Assembly (NCBI GenBank): GCA_044892525.1 | Contig: CM097885.1 | Span: 43,836,001 to 43,900,000, forward strand | Source of the DNA: Schmidtea polychroa | Lineage: Eukaryota | Reading direction: 5' to 3' | Length of the DNA stretch: 64,000 bases | Part shown: piece after piece, positions 14,261-27,500 of the stretch | Layout of the letters: each line of letters starts with the position of its first letter | Numbering within the stretch: position 1 is the first letter of the stretch | Translations under genes and position numbers: made by a program | Notes under the pieces: model-generated | Told to the model about the DNA's origin: nothing | The model's input: the letters and a program-made list of their open reading frames with translations, nothing else | Databases searched by the model: none

Positions 14261-16214
14261 TTGTAAAAATGTCAAAGACAGATTGAGTCTGTTTAATTGT
14301 TCACAACAAATGTAATCCTATTATAATCTGATAAGGTTGCATGAACTCGTAATGTATTATGCTCACACAATCCCATTAGATACATAAAAAACCTTTATTA
14401 AGTGTAGTCCAGCTTTAAATGTTGGAACTAGCGTTATTCCTCGAGAAAGCTATTGTTTTTTCATTTAATATTTGATTAGAGTATCCACTTTTTATCACCA
14501 GTAACAATCAGTAACAATGACTGATTACTTTTTCCGGTTAATTGAGAATTGCAAAAAAAATTATCCAAATACTATCTATTTACATTTTCAATCTTTATAA
14601 ATGTTTCTGAACTATTAACCATGATGCGTTGAGGTTATCCTACAGTTTATTTATGCTTTGACATGGATCAGACTCCTATTGACGTAAGCAAGTCAACGTC
14701 CAGCCTAGATAGCCTACCGGAAGATCAAAATCACTTTTAAACCAGCATTTGTCCTTGTTGACCTTCAATAGATCTCCCTAAATTTACATTCATCTCTTAG
14801 CAAAACAAAAATTGCATGAAATTTCTAAATAAATTTCGTTAGGTTCTAAAATCCAGATTTTTTTTTAATTACAGATTTTAAAATAATTCATTATTTTTGG
14901 TTCTTTTTCTAATAAAAATAATGTTTAAAAATTTATTAAAACAATCGCTAAATAATGGCATCGATTTAAATCTAACGAAAAACACCAAATCCAATATATA
15001 TATTTTACTACAATATATTTCGACAGAATCACTGTCATTTTCGGGCAGAATTGAAATCAAACTAAATCAATATAAATTGTTCTTTTTTAAACAAACTAAT
15101 TAACTAATTCATTAATTTTTTTAAATTAATTTCGCTAAAATTTTACAAAATTCTGTTTTTTATATTCAAACTTTAAAAATTATAAAAGTTTTAAAATTTC
15201 TAAAACTTTTTAAACTCACAAAAGTTGAAATCAAACAAGATTCTAATAAATTTTCCACAAAATTGTGTTTACTAATATTAATCAATTGCTTCAGTTAATA
15301 ATTGATTACTTTAAGGTACTCCATGCATACTAAATTATTTTAGTGGATAGAGGCAAATAATGGTGAAAAATTAAGAGTCAGTCCAAAATATTAAATTTCT
15401 ATTTTTTTTGTTTATTAAAAATACATTTAAATGTTAAATAAAATTTTTTTTTCTTCGTCTTTGATATGCTCCGTTCATTTTAATTTAGTTCTCGTCAATT
15501 AAATCTAGCTATTACATAAATAAAATAGAAAGTAATATTAAACATGAAAAAAAGCATCTGAATTTCCAATAGACGTAAATCCAAAATATAAATAACTTTC
15601 AACTAACTTTGGTCTGTTCATCTGACTCTTGTTATCTATGATTAGATTTCGAAGAAACCACTTTTTGTATACCCCTTTTCAATAGTAGATCTATTAATCA
15701 AATTACACTGTCTTTCTTTTGTCAAAGTCATGTCTTTAACCAAAAAATCCATTGATAGTTTTAGAATAATAATTAAATTTGTAATAAGAAAAACAGTTTT
15801 GTCAAAATGTCATTTTTTATGCAAATTTAAACAATCTATATTTCCTAAAATACATAAGCCTAATGTTATGTGAATCATTTACAAATAGTTTTGAACAATT
15901 AAATGGTAATGATTCAAACAATACAACTTACTTATGAAATAGATAATATGTTGAATGCTTAACACGTATTTCTAAGTTGTTTTGTTTGATTTGTTATTCA
16001 GATTTATTAACAATATTTATCAGATTGGTCAACCGACTTGACAAATTTTGCAGCTGTCGGCAGATTTCATGATACTTGGCCTTTCGAGGATTTCAAAGAA
16101 CACCTATTTACTATCATTGAAACACCAATGTTCCGCTGAACATAGTTTGGGAAACTGTGACGTAATGAATGCTTACTATTTGAAAATGCGCTGAATATTT
16201 AAAATAATTATATA

Positions 16215-17823
16215 CCGTATTTATTTTCTTATAACACACATTTTCTTATAACACACAGGCTTTAATATTATCGTTCAATACTTTTTTAATTTTTAAAAAC
16301 ATTCAACTTTTAAACCCAACATGGTGGGTAAGAAGAATGTATCTGGGCGCATTTCTACAAAAGGATTCCACACAGTAGAAGTAAAACATATGAGAACTGT
16401 ATATACGATACAATTTAAAAAGAATGTGTTGGATTTCTATGATGTAAATGGTGCGTCACAGACAGTTACCAAATTTTGGCCTGATCTAAAGTCATCATCG
16501 CCAGCTCGTGAAGCCAAAAGACAGTTAATATATCAATGGAGAAAAAATAAAGATCGAATAACAAAACTTGGGAATATGAATAGGGTCAAGAAATTGAAAA
16601 AGATCCAACCACTAGGAACTTCCTCGAGTCTTTCATCTGAAGTCGAAGACGAACTTATTTTCTGGGTCCGAACCCTGCGCCAAAATGGTGTCCCCGTAAC
16701 CGACAGTATACTTCGTACTAAAGCTCGCCTATCGTGCAGACAAACCGATGTTAATAATTTCTTAGCAAGCACTGGGTGGCTGAAAACCTTTAAGAAAAAA
16801 TATGGCTTGTCACTCAGAGCCAAATCTCATCAAGGACAAACATCCATAGTCCTTCCAAATCCGGTAGCCACTCAGTTTGCATTAGACGTCTGACAAAAAA
16901 TGATTGAATTAAATGTAGATTGTGTTTGGAATGCCGACCAAACGGCTGTTAATTATGAAACAATCCCCGGAAAAACCTTAGATAAAATAGGTTCCAAGAC
17001 AATATTCATACGAACAGCTGGGAAAGAAAAAGAGAGGATATCAGTATTATTGCTGGGATCTTCTAATGGACAGAAAAAACCACCTTTTGTAATATTTAAG
17101 GGTAAACAATCAGTTGTGGAGGCATCGTCGTTGCAGAATAGAATTAATCAACAAGGATTTGGTAGTTGTGTCTGGAAAAAAATACAGGAGATCAATAAAA
17201 CCAGCACGACTCAAATATATTGCAACCAAAATGGCTGGTTTACAAGCGATATGATGGTTATCTGGCTTTATCATAATTTTTCCGACAATGTGGAGAAGCC
17301 AAAGATTTTATTATTGGATGACTTTACAGCACACTGGACAAGCGATGTTTTAGCCGCTGCAAATATCCTTAATATTACATTGATGAAGATTCCATCTGGT
17401 TTTACATCAGTTTGCCAGCCTGCAGATGTTAGCTGGAATAAACCGTTTAAATCGCACTTAAGAACAATGTGATCTGAAAAATTAAGAACGGATATGGAAG
17501 CAAATGAAGGCATATTCAAAGCAAAAGTTCCCCAAAGAGATGTTTTGATTGATTGGGTTGACTTTGCCTGGGAGCAGCTGTCTCATGCTACAATGATTTC
17601 TGGATTTTCAAAACCGGACTATATTGACAGACATGAAGGTATTGATGAGCCCCTGGGTCAGGGCATTCAAGATTCCAATTTAGTTGGAAATAGCAGCCTT
17701 TATCTGCCTGATCAATATTTTGAATAAACATTCTAGCTTTCCGTAATTTGAATGTACGGTTTTAATTTTCATATATCAAACAGAAAATTATTAAAGGTGT
17801 GTGTTATAAGAAAATAAATACGG
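16215..17823 (+). mobile_element. complete pogo/Tigger-superfamily DNA transposon (1609 bp)
   Basis: ~26-bp TIRs CCGTATTTATTTTCTTATAACACACA, with TA on both sides (16213-14 and 17824-25). Confidence 0.93.
16321..17727 (+). pseudogene. pogo transposase (N-terminal DBD, CENP-B HTH, DDE_1) with two in-frame TGA stops
   Basis: Three ORFs in one frame, separated by TGA at 16891 and 17470. Motifs ASTGWLKTFKKKY, NADQT, LLLDDFTAH, QPADVSWNKPFK. Confidence 0.9.
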
Positions 17824-18050
17824 TAACAAGTTTTATTTAATTCACAAAAACCGCCAATTCCAAATTATTAAAACAACAAGATATCTAACTCTCCCCTTCT
17901 TAAGACTTTTTCCACTTCTTCAGCCACTCGATTCTTCTTTTTTTCGTTCTTTCTTGTGAATGTAGTTCGACTCGATGAGGTGATAGAAATCTGGCGATTT
18001 TATATGGGCCATCGTATTGCATACCATCCTTGTGCCTGTTCTGTGGCTCT

Positions 18051-19085
18051 TTACGTACGAGTACCTCCTCCCCCACCTCGAGTGCCCCTCTTTGTCTTAT
18101 CCCAAGCTCTCATAGTGTCTGCGGCTTTACTCGAGTTAAATCTCGCGTCTTCGATTCTTTCGCTTCTTGATATCTCGGCTTGTTTTAGGTTAGAGTGTAG
18201 GTTAGCACTCCGTCCATAAATTATCTCAAATGGTGATAAACCTGCAGCACTTTGTCGACTGCTATTTATAGTGAACTCTATTCTGGGTAGAGGTTCGTGC
18301 CAGTTTCTCTCTTCATATTCGCCTGCCAATGTTGCCTTAAAAAGATCTTTTATCGTTCGTATGGCTCTTTCGACTAAACCATTTGATTGGTGCTGATAAG
18401 GTGAGCTGAATTCCTGTATGATTCCAAGTTTCTGTAGCTTCTGTCTTAGGAAATTCCCTTCAAAATTTCGGCCTCTATCTGTTAAAATACTCTTCGGGTT
18501 TCCAAATCGATAGATCCAACTATTAAGTATTGTTTTGAATATTGTCCCTTCTTCTTGCTTTGTGATTGCAGTTAAAGAAATCAGTTTGCTAAAACGGCCC
18601 ACCATTACTACCATATATTTTTATGGTGTTTATTTCCATGTAAGCCACATCTATAACAATCTGTTCTAGGAATTCAGAGCTATATCTAGGAATAAATGTT
18701 TCCTTGGTTCTTGTCTGATCGATCTTTCTCTTAGCGCAGATCTCGCAACATTGTAAACAGAGTTGGATTGTTTCTTGCATTTTCGGCCAATAAAATATCT
18801 TTTCCATATAATGAAATAATTTCTTAACTCCAATGTGACATAGTTCTTCATGTAGCGTTGTTGTTAACAGGCCTGCAAATGTTTCTGGGACTAACAATAA
18901 AATAATTTTGTTCTTTTCTACTGTTATTAATCCTCCATCAATTTGTGTATTTTTTTACGTTAAAAGGAAAACAATTCTTTTTCTCACGTGTACATCCATT
19001 TTCCAATATCTCTCGCAGCTCTCGAAACCGAATGTCCTTTTGTTGTTGTTCCCATACTATTTCCATAGCTTCTGTTTTTTGAATA

Positions 19086-19178
<93 letters not shown>

Positions 19179-20900
19179 CTTTGATTTTCCTTCCTTAGGT
19201 TCTTAATGTCTTGTTTGACACTGGGTGCAAATCATACTTTTTAATCTTGGTAGTCCATCTGCATTCGAGTGTTCTTCGCCTTTCCGATATTTTAGTTCAA
19301 AATCATATTCCGACAGGTTAGCTAACCATGTTTGGAATTGCGGACTGGTTGGCGTTTTTGTAGTGTTCATAAAAACCAATGCCTTGTGGTCGGTGCGAAT
19401 TATGAATTTGTTCCCGTACAGATATTCTCTAAAATGCATGACGTATTCATGTACGGCGAACAGTTCTTTCCTAGTTATACAGTATCCCTTTTCATGTGAT
19501 GACATATGTCTCGAGCCATAAGCTATGACAGATTCCTTTCCATCTTCTGTAATTTGACTCAAAACTGCACCAATGGCTCCGAAACTAGCGTCTGTGTCTA
19601 AGATAAAATAATATATCATCTATCTATCTTTCTTTCTTGTTTCTTGCAACGGCCTAAAAATTAGAATTAACAAGAATGACAAAAAATAATACGACCCTGG
19701 CAGGACTCGAATCTGCAATCTTCTGATTCGAAGTCAGACGCCTTATCCATTGGGCCACAGGACCTTAAAATACATTTTCAATTTAATTAACCTAAAACAC
19801 AGTTGAAAAAAAACTTGGAAATTTTCAAACTTTATCACGAAGGATAGATGATGATGAAGTTGATTCCTCGATCAAAAATTTGAAAATAATATATCATCTA
19901 TCTATCTTTCTTTTATTCTAGCACTGTGTGCATCAGTCTCTGGAATGTCGCAGGAGCTGTTGCTAAGCCAAACGGTAGTCTATTGAAGCAAAATTGTCCT
20001 TCTCTTGTACTGAATGCAGTCATTTCTTGAATTTCTGGAGCCAACTCCACTTGATACTACGCCTGACCTAAATCGATTGACGAAAATATTTTTGCATTCG
20101 CGAGAAAGTCTAGTAAGAATTTGGTGTTAGGCATAGGAAATGACTCTTTTTCTGTTATGGAATTTAATCCACGATAATCTACATACATCCTAATAGATCC
20201 ATCTTTCTTCCCTACTATCACTAACGGGGCATTCCAAGGACTCTTGCAACACCGAATAACATTTGCTTTCATTAACTCTTTTATCAGTTCTTCAATCCTT
20301 TTCTCCATGTGCATCGGTTGACGTCGAGGATGTTGCATTATTGGGCCTCCTGTTATCCGCATCTCATGTCGAACTAAGTTTGTAAATCCCAGATCGAATT
20401 TCGATGCCATAAAAATTCCGCCGTTTTCCCTGAACATTCCTTCAATATCTTTAATATTCTCACCTGCCATCGCTACTAGTGCTTTATTTATTCTTTCTTC
20501 ATCAATGTAAATTTTGTTTATCAATGACGTTTCTATATTATTTATTTTCATTAACTTTACTCCAAACTCTTTCATTGTATCAATGCCCCCTATGAATTCG
20601 GGTTTGATCTCTTTTACCACTACTACTGTGATTATTTTGGTCTTCTGATTCCACGTGGCCGGTATAGTCATGTTTCCCATTGCTTCTTCACCTCCAGTTG
20701 AAAAAACTCCGCACAATAATATCATACTACGTTTAAGTTTTGGTTTGCCTATTTTCTCCCACAAATTCTTGCTCATGACTATTACTGATGCTCCAGAATC
20801 CCATAACATCTCTTTCGGCATCATTCAACATTATTTTACTCCAATTTCTTCCATCTTTCGTCTGGTACATCTCTTCGTCGTTCATTTCTTATTTCACAAT
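18051..20900 (-). pseudogene. pol: Gypsy pol (protease, RT, RNase H, integrase), broken
   Basis: Protease LWDSGAS; RT SPWNAP..KKDGSIRMYVDYRGLN; RNase H LDTDAS..TDHKAL; integrase H..H..C..C, TDRGRNF, GLVER. The RT C-terminus is deleted and a (TA)n tract lies at 19088-19176. Confidence 0.92.
19692..19764 (-). tRNA. trnR-UCG: tRNA-Arg (anticodon TCG), one T-stem mismatch (possible pseudogene)
   Basis: GGTCCTG TGGCCCAATGGATAAGGCG TCTGA CTTCGAA TCAGA AGATT GCAGA TTCGAGT CCTGC CAGGGTC G folds as a cloverleaf and is followed by a T-run terminator. Confidence 0.88.
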
Positions 20901-22195
20901 TTATTGTCTTGACTCCACCGACGAAACGAAACCCATGGAGTCGCTGATGTTTTTTCCGTCTTCTCTCAATATAGTATATTTTTCAGGGACATTGTATCTA
21001 TCTTCCATTTTGCTGTGATCCATTCTGAAATCCTGGCTGTTCTCGGTGTAATCTCTTATTTCAGATTTTGAGTCTTCTTCTTTTATGCACGCTATTCTTT
21101 GATATCGGTGTGGAACATCTTTCCGTAGCGAAAAACAATCTCGGAACCCGTGTCCTTCTTTGCCACATATCAGGCATTTATTTCCCAGTGGACACTCATA
21201 CCTTCTATGACCCCTTTCGCCACAGCAAAAACAATCACCTACCGTTAATTTTGGGACCAATGCTTGTGGTAGTCCTCTACTTTCGTTGTACAGCCTCCTT
21301 GCAATATTCTTCATGGATATTGTTGGCAGCTTCCTTTCTGAGCTATTCGGGATTCTCGTATTTCTCGAGAATTGTTCTCTTGAAGATTGTTCTCGACGAC
21401 CATGGTTATTTCCTTCGTATTGTATTGGTCCGCGTATAGGATGTTCGTCTCTTCTTGATCTGTGGTGACTAAATGGGTCTTCTGATAGTCTTCTTTGTGG
21501 TGATGTAGGCATGGGATCTTGGGTATTCTTTTGAATTCTCATCTTCCCTCCCTCAGCCACGCTAGCGTATGTTCTTTGACCGATTGCTATAATAAATTCT
21601 GTTTTATGGTTTCCATTTTTGTTCCTTTCAAAAATTCTCGCCAATGATCTCGTTTCTTCAATTTTAGTTTCTGCTTTCGTCAATAGTATCTCCCTCAGTC
21701 TCGCATCGCGTGCATTATTTGCGACGAGGTCTTGAACAATATCTTCTTCTGATCGTCTGAATTTACAACTTCAGCTAAAGCTTTTCTTAGCCGTATCTCA
21801 AAAGATGCAAACCTTTCATCATCTTCCTGTTCCATAGCTGCCAATTCTCTGATTTTGTCAGTTATAGATTTTGTAATTGTGAACGTATTTAAGAACCACG
21901 CTTTGGCTTTTACATCTGTTGTTTCTGTTTCTCTGACGTTTCCCCACAATGTCTTTGCTTCTGCCACTAATAACACATCGAAAGTGCTTGTCAATCGTTG
22001 ACCATTTGTCAGCAACCATTCTTCTATATCCCTGATCCATTCTTCGGCTTCTTTTAAACCTAGTCCATCATATCGTCTGATGTTCAGTGTGAGCATGTCT
22101 TGGCATGATTTCGGTAGGCATTCCATTAGCGATTTTGTTGATTTCGAAATGGCGTTGATATTTTGATTTTCAGCGTGGTCGCCAGTTAAATCCAT
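20901..22195 (-). pseudogene. gag: Gypsy gag with two CCHC zinc knuckles, frameshifted near 21700
   Basis: ORFs 21695-22195 and 20901-21683; CFCCGERGHRRYEC and CLICGKEGHGFRDC. Confidence 0.88.
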
Positions 22196-22491
22196 CTTTA
22201 AATTTCGCAGAAAAATCTTGAAACTAACAATATATATTTATTCAAAGAATTTATAAATAAAAAGTTTTATTTAATTCACAAAAACCGCCAATTCCAAATT
22301 ATTTAAACAACAAGATATCTAACTTATATATACATTACTTTACTAATCTATAATAAAATAGAACATATTAATAAAAGTACAAAATCATAATTACCAATTC
22401 GAAGTAAAACTATGGACCCATATTATTACTGCAAAATTCCTCGTGAAATTAGTCTGTTAAGTAGTCGATAGAAAATTTCAGTCAGAAATGA

Positions 22492-25400
22492 TTGGCTGAT
22501 CAAATTGTAATAGTTGGTAGTATAAAGAGTATACAAAATCAGCCAAATTTTGAATCCAATGATGGATTGGTTGTTGAATCCCAGGACGGATTAGACAATA
22601 TTTCCCATGATTCTTGGGATGGATTAAATAATATACAAATAGGTGGAAATGCACCAATAGTACAACAACACCAATAGTACATCAGATATTGAGTTTAAAT
22701 ACTAGCGATTTAAATATTAAGGAAATAAAATTTCCAGAATCGCTAATAATCAAATTAAGAGATATTATTAATGAATTAGGCTCCGTCAAAATTCAATTCG
22801 GAATATCAATCGAATTTGAAAAATACGGGGAAATAAAAGTTAATAATATCTCTAATAACCATTAACTGCGTCATTTTTCGACGAAGGCATTAGAGAATTA
22901 AATGAAAAAATAACAAACATAACTGAGTTAGGTAGTAGTTAGATAATAAAAAATATAACCGGAATTCATTTCACAATAACAAAAATAAGTAGGTTAAGTA
23001 GGTTAAGTGGTAGAAGTTATTTAGGAAAACCACCTTATTTGAAAAATAAAATATGTTTAATCAATATAAAAAACAATGATGATTCATGTTTTTTAAATAG
23101 CATTTTAGCTATTTTAAAATATGATGAAGTTATTACAAAATATAGAAATAGGACATCGAGTTATAATCAAACTGAGCTTATATACGACTAGTCCGATTTA
23201 CCCATGAAATTAAATGATATTAGGAAATTTGAAGCCAAAAAATCCAAGTTTGATAATTAATGTTTTTACTTATGACAATACTAGACAATTAACCGAAAAT
23301 TATGTATTAAAACATCCACATTTGGATATTATACACCGTTCCAAAGTTTTAAATGGAAAAATAATTAATTTATTATTATTAAATAAAGGAAACAACTTCC
23401 ATTACATAGCTATAAGCAACTTAAATAGGTTAATGAATTGTGGTATCAACACTAGTTGTCCTACACGAATACGATCATTTTGGTGGCAGCGGTGTTTGAA
23501 CGGTTTTAGAAATAAACACGCGCTGGACAAACATGAAGTATTGTGTAAAAGAAATCAGTTAGAAACGACTCTACACATTCCCTGAAAATAAATTATTACA
23601 GTTTACTGACTGGTCGAAAATATTAACTCCTCCATTTGTAGTTTATGCCGATTTTGAGGCTATTTCACCTTCCGACAATATTCACTTTCAACGTCATATA
23701 CCAATATCTGCTGGTTTTTTACTTGTTAATAACTACCGACGGCTCTAAATATTATCAGCAGTTCATAGGTTTAGATTGCGTCGAAAGTTTTTTAAGTGCT
23801 ATAGAGGATATAGCATTAAACAAAGTTCTTCCTTTTTATTATAAAATTGGTAGGAAACCTATGGTGAAATTAACTAATATCGAACAATTGCAATTTAATA
23901 ATGCTGATAAATGTTACCTTTGCATGAAATGTATCGTCGATCCTGTTAGAGATCACGATCATTTTACTGGGAAATACTTGGGTGCTGCTTGTAGCACATG
24001 CAACATAAATAGGAAAATTAATAAAATTTTGCCTATCGTATTTCACAACTTGAAAGGTTACGATATGCACCATATGCTTAAAGATGGTTTAAATAAATTT
24101 AAGAATTGGACTTTAGGCTGTTTCCCAATCACAACTGAAAAATTTATTTCTTTGATTGCGCATTTAGGAAAAATTAGCTTAAGATTCATTGATTATTATC
24201 AATTTGTTAATGATTCATTAGCTAAAGCCGTCAAAACATTGAATACTTTACTTTTAACCAATTCTGTTTTTACTGGCACTATAGTTTCTGAAAAAGGAAT
24301 CTTTCCTTACAATTTCGCTACATCTTTAGATATTCTCCAAACTACTTATGAATTACCACCGATCTGGGAAGGTGTCACTAAACTTGAGTATGAAAAAACT
24401 CAGGAGATTTGGATTGAAACTAATTGCGTAACTTTATTAGACTACATGATGATATATTTAAAACTTGATTGTTTTCTTTTGGCTGATTTCTTCCAACAAT
24501 TTCGTTTCAAATCTATTGCTCATAATAGGTTAGAATCAATGAATTACTTCGGAATTCCTGGTATGTCTTGGTCTTCTTCTTTAATGTCTTTAGATGAACC
24601 GATTGAATTGATAACTGAAAACGAAATGTTTAGCTTTTATGAGGGTGAAATAAGAGGCGGTCTTACTTTTGTAAATAAACATTATGTAAAAAGTGATGAA
24701 AACACCGAGTTACTTTATATAGATATTAATAATCTTTATGGTTGGGCTTTAAGTCAACAATTACCTTGTGGCGAATTTAGTTGGGTTCTTGATGAATTTG
24801 ATTTAATAATGGACGAATGCAGGAATTTAAATCTTGAATCTTTGTCTTATGGATACACTCTTGAAGTTGATCTTGTAATTCCTTCTGAGCTTCATGATAA
24901 GTTGGACGATTTCCCTATAGCTGCTGAAAAAATGAAACCTGTGTGGTCAAAGGTTGAAAAATTGTTATTAACTCATCTTCCAAAATCTAATTATGTTATT
25001 CATTGGAGATTATTAAAATTATACTTGTCAATTGGTGTTAAAGTTACACGCGTAAATAGAGCTGTAAGATTTAAACAATCTCCAATTTTTAAAAAATACA
25101 TAGATACTAATACCGAATTAAGAGCAAAAAGTACAAATAGTTTAGACAAAAATTATTACAAATTGTTAAATAACAGTTTATATGGTAAAACTGTAGAAAA
25201 TTTAAAGAGAAGAATGAATCTTCGCCTTTGTACTACCGACGGTAAATTAGTCAAATATACTTCCAAACCTTCGTTTAAAAAATCCATTAAAATCGAGGAT
25301 AATTTAATTGCCGCTTTGTTAAATCCAGATTCTATATGTTTAGATAGACCAAGTTACATTGGACAGTCTGTACATGATCTATCTAAACTTAGAATGTCTG

Positions 25401-25495
25401 AATTGCAATATAATGATTAAGAAAAATATCGCAATGAGTTTAGATGTAAAATTAATATTGTTTCCGGTGATACGGATTCTTTATTCCTGGAAGTT
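22492..25495 (+). pseudogene. polB: Maverick/Polinton protein-primed DNA polymerase B relic (second family), 3'-truncated
   Basis: YADFE, RDHDHFTG, FHNLKGYD, YIDINNLYG, KLLNNSLYGK and GDTDS motifs. Colinear with, but diverged from, the polB at 37615-42352; multiple stops and frameshifts. Confidence 0.93.
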
Positions 25496-25496
25496 T

Positions 25497-25940
25497 AGTG
25501 TAGACCACCTTTTTCTATTGAAAAAAAATTTTCGTATTGAAAATCCCAGGACCATGGAGACCCCTTCACTATAGTCTGAATAATCCTTGGCTTTTTTAGT
25601 GTAAACCCATTTTTGTATTGAAAATCCCAGGACCATGGAGACCCCCTCACTATAGTCTGAATAATCCTTGGCTTTTTTAGTGTAAACCCATTATTGTATT
25701 GAAAATCCCAGGACCATGGAGACCTTTTACTATAGTCTGAATAATCCTTGGTTTTTTAGTGTAAACCCATTTTTGTATTGAAAATCCCAGAACCATGGAG
25801 ACCCCCTCACTATAGTCTGTAAAATAAATTTTTGTACTGAAAATCCTAGAAAGCAAAAAAAGTAAGTCACAACAATTGCGTAATCAAAAATTGCAACAGA
25901 CCTTGCGGTAATTGTTGCGGTAAGCTACTAACTACCTACT
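25497..25940. repeat. Maverick-type terminal repeat with ~76-bp tandem units, ending ...CTACCTACT
   Basis: About 4.5 copies of a gtattgaaaatcccaggaccatggagacc...actatagtctgaataatccttgg unit. The terminus is the reverse complement of AGTAGGTAG(T/A)TAGTAGC at 56588. Confidence 0.75.
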
Positions 25941-25959
25941 ATCGAGAATCAATTTTTTC

Positions 25960-26160
25960 TGTTCTAAACTGAAAGAAACTACTACAAGTGAATATATTTT
26001 CGAACTCGTAGATCAAAACGTTGAATCAAGAGGAATGAAATGGGAAAAATGCATCAGTATCTGCACAGATAGAAGTTCAATCCAATAGAAGCTGTATTTG
26101 ACAAATAAAAATCCGACTAAAAAAGAAAATTATTCACAGTTGTCAATATTGTGAATTATA
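25960..26160 (+). mobile_element. hAT (Buster/Charlie-like) transposase fragment
   Basis: Reads LKETTTSEYIFELVD...MKWEKCISICTD, resembling the W.KCV.ICTDGA motif. Confidence 0.55.
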
Positions 26161-27134
26161 CTTTCAGAAAAAGAATGATATGTTGATTGACAACATCGAA
26201 GATGTATGAGCTATAAAAGACAATTAATAAATTAAGATGTTATTTACTAAATTTGAAATATCTGAAATCGTGATATTCTTCTCTGCTTAGAAATGAAGGG
26301 ATATGAAGTCTTAATTTGAAGTCTTAATATGTTTTAAAACAATATTGCATTAAAATAATCAAACAAAAATTAAATGTATAAAATACCATGATATGTATTC
26401 AATGAAGCCCTTAAGGTGGATTGCTCATATTCTGGTGACCTGTTGTAAAATATCTGAGTTCAATTCCATATGGGATTGAGTTTCTTAAATGTTACTGTTG
26501 AGATTCGAATCATTTCGTGACTATTCAATCATTAAAAATTGCATCGAATATAATATTAAAAATTTTATTTTATTTTATCAACAAAGATCACTAAATTAAA
26601 AAATAAAAACCGTAATATTTTAAAATTCTATTTCTAAAATAAATTATTTAACTATAATAAAAATTAAAATTATTTCTGATTTCCAATTATTTTAAATAAT
26701 TATAAAAATTATAATTAATTAGGTTTCTTCAATCAACTCTTATATAATAAAGAATAATTATTTTCGTGGGGAATCATTGAAATTATCTCAAAATAAATAA
26801 TTGTTTTAATAAAAATTCTTCTAAAAAACGGTTTTTTAAAAATTTGTCATTATTGAATTAAAATTGATAAGAGATTCATTTTCTATATTTCACAAATAAA
26901 CTATCAAAAAAATTTTCATACTTTTGTATTTTTTTAAAATTATACAATAAAAGTTTTTTGTCCAAAATTCTTGAAGATAAAGGTATTCCAAATTTTTTAA
27001 TAAAATTAGAGATTTTACATCAATTTTGAAGAATTTAAGATCCTACATTATTACCTAGATCCTTATCTAGATTTATTTTTAAAATTACTAAAAAATACAT
27101 TTAATATTTCAAGTTAAATATCATTAACTTTTTT

Positions 27135-27500
27135 TGGCATTTTACCCATTCCGAATTTATCGACCTTTTCCAACAGTGTAGCTTTTAGTCTTTGTCCAAT
27201 AACTTCAATTTATTCTTTCCGCCCTCTCACGCGCAGTCTGACATGGTTTTTAATGAAAGAGAGAATTTCGTTTGTATTCATAAACATTAACTAGATTTTT
27301 AAAATGCAAATTTTCATTGAAATTAAATGATTTTTTAAAGCGCGCAAACCATCTACGAGTCATTGAATTACCAATTCCATAGGCTACTCGAAAATTTGCC
27401 CTTAATATATGACCAAAACATTTGTTAGAGATACTCTAATTTTGCCAACAGGGTACCTTTTTGTTTATAAGTTTCCAATCTTAAAAGACAAAAAGATGTG
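27135..27500 (-). mobile_element. mariner transposase N-terminal (HTH) relic
   Basis: Minus strand reads RRWFARFK, QTARERAE and LEKVDKFG..., like the Mos1-type HTH region. Confidence 0.55.

Larger units (their letters stand above)
17828..22324 (-). mobile_element. Ty3/Gypsy LTR retrotransposon, disabled
   Basis: 63-bp direct repeats at 17828-17890 and 22262-22324 (minus-strand start AGTT). PPT-like AAGAAGGGGAG next to 17890, PBS-like TGGCGACC at ~22186-22179, and gene order gag-PR-RT-RH-IN. Confidence 0.92.

Noticed and set aside
600..15103. short Phe/Ile/Leu/Lys-rich ORFs in the track (for example 600, 2980, 8596, 9422, 14878), and similar ones after 54000
   Set aside because: Their composition reflects AT-rich non-coding DNA and no motifs were recognised.
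18908..19177. ORF ending in IY repeats
   Set aside because: It is antisense to Gypsy pol and runs into a (TA)n microsatellite.
25497..25850. CRISPR-like regular repeats
   Set aside because: The units are contiguous near-identical ~76-bp tandem copies without unique spacers. The context is eukaryotic and they are part of a Maverick terminus.
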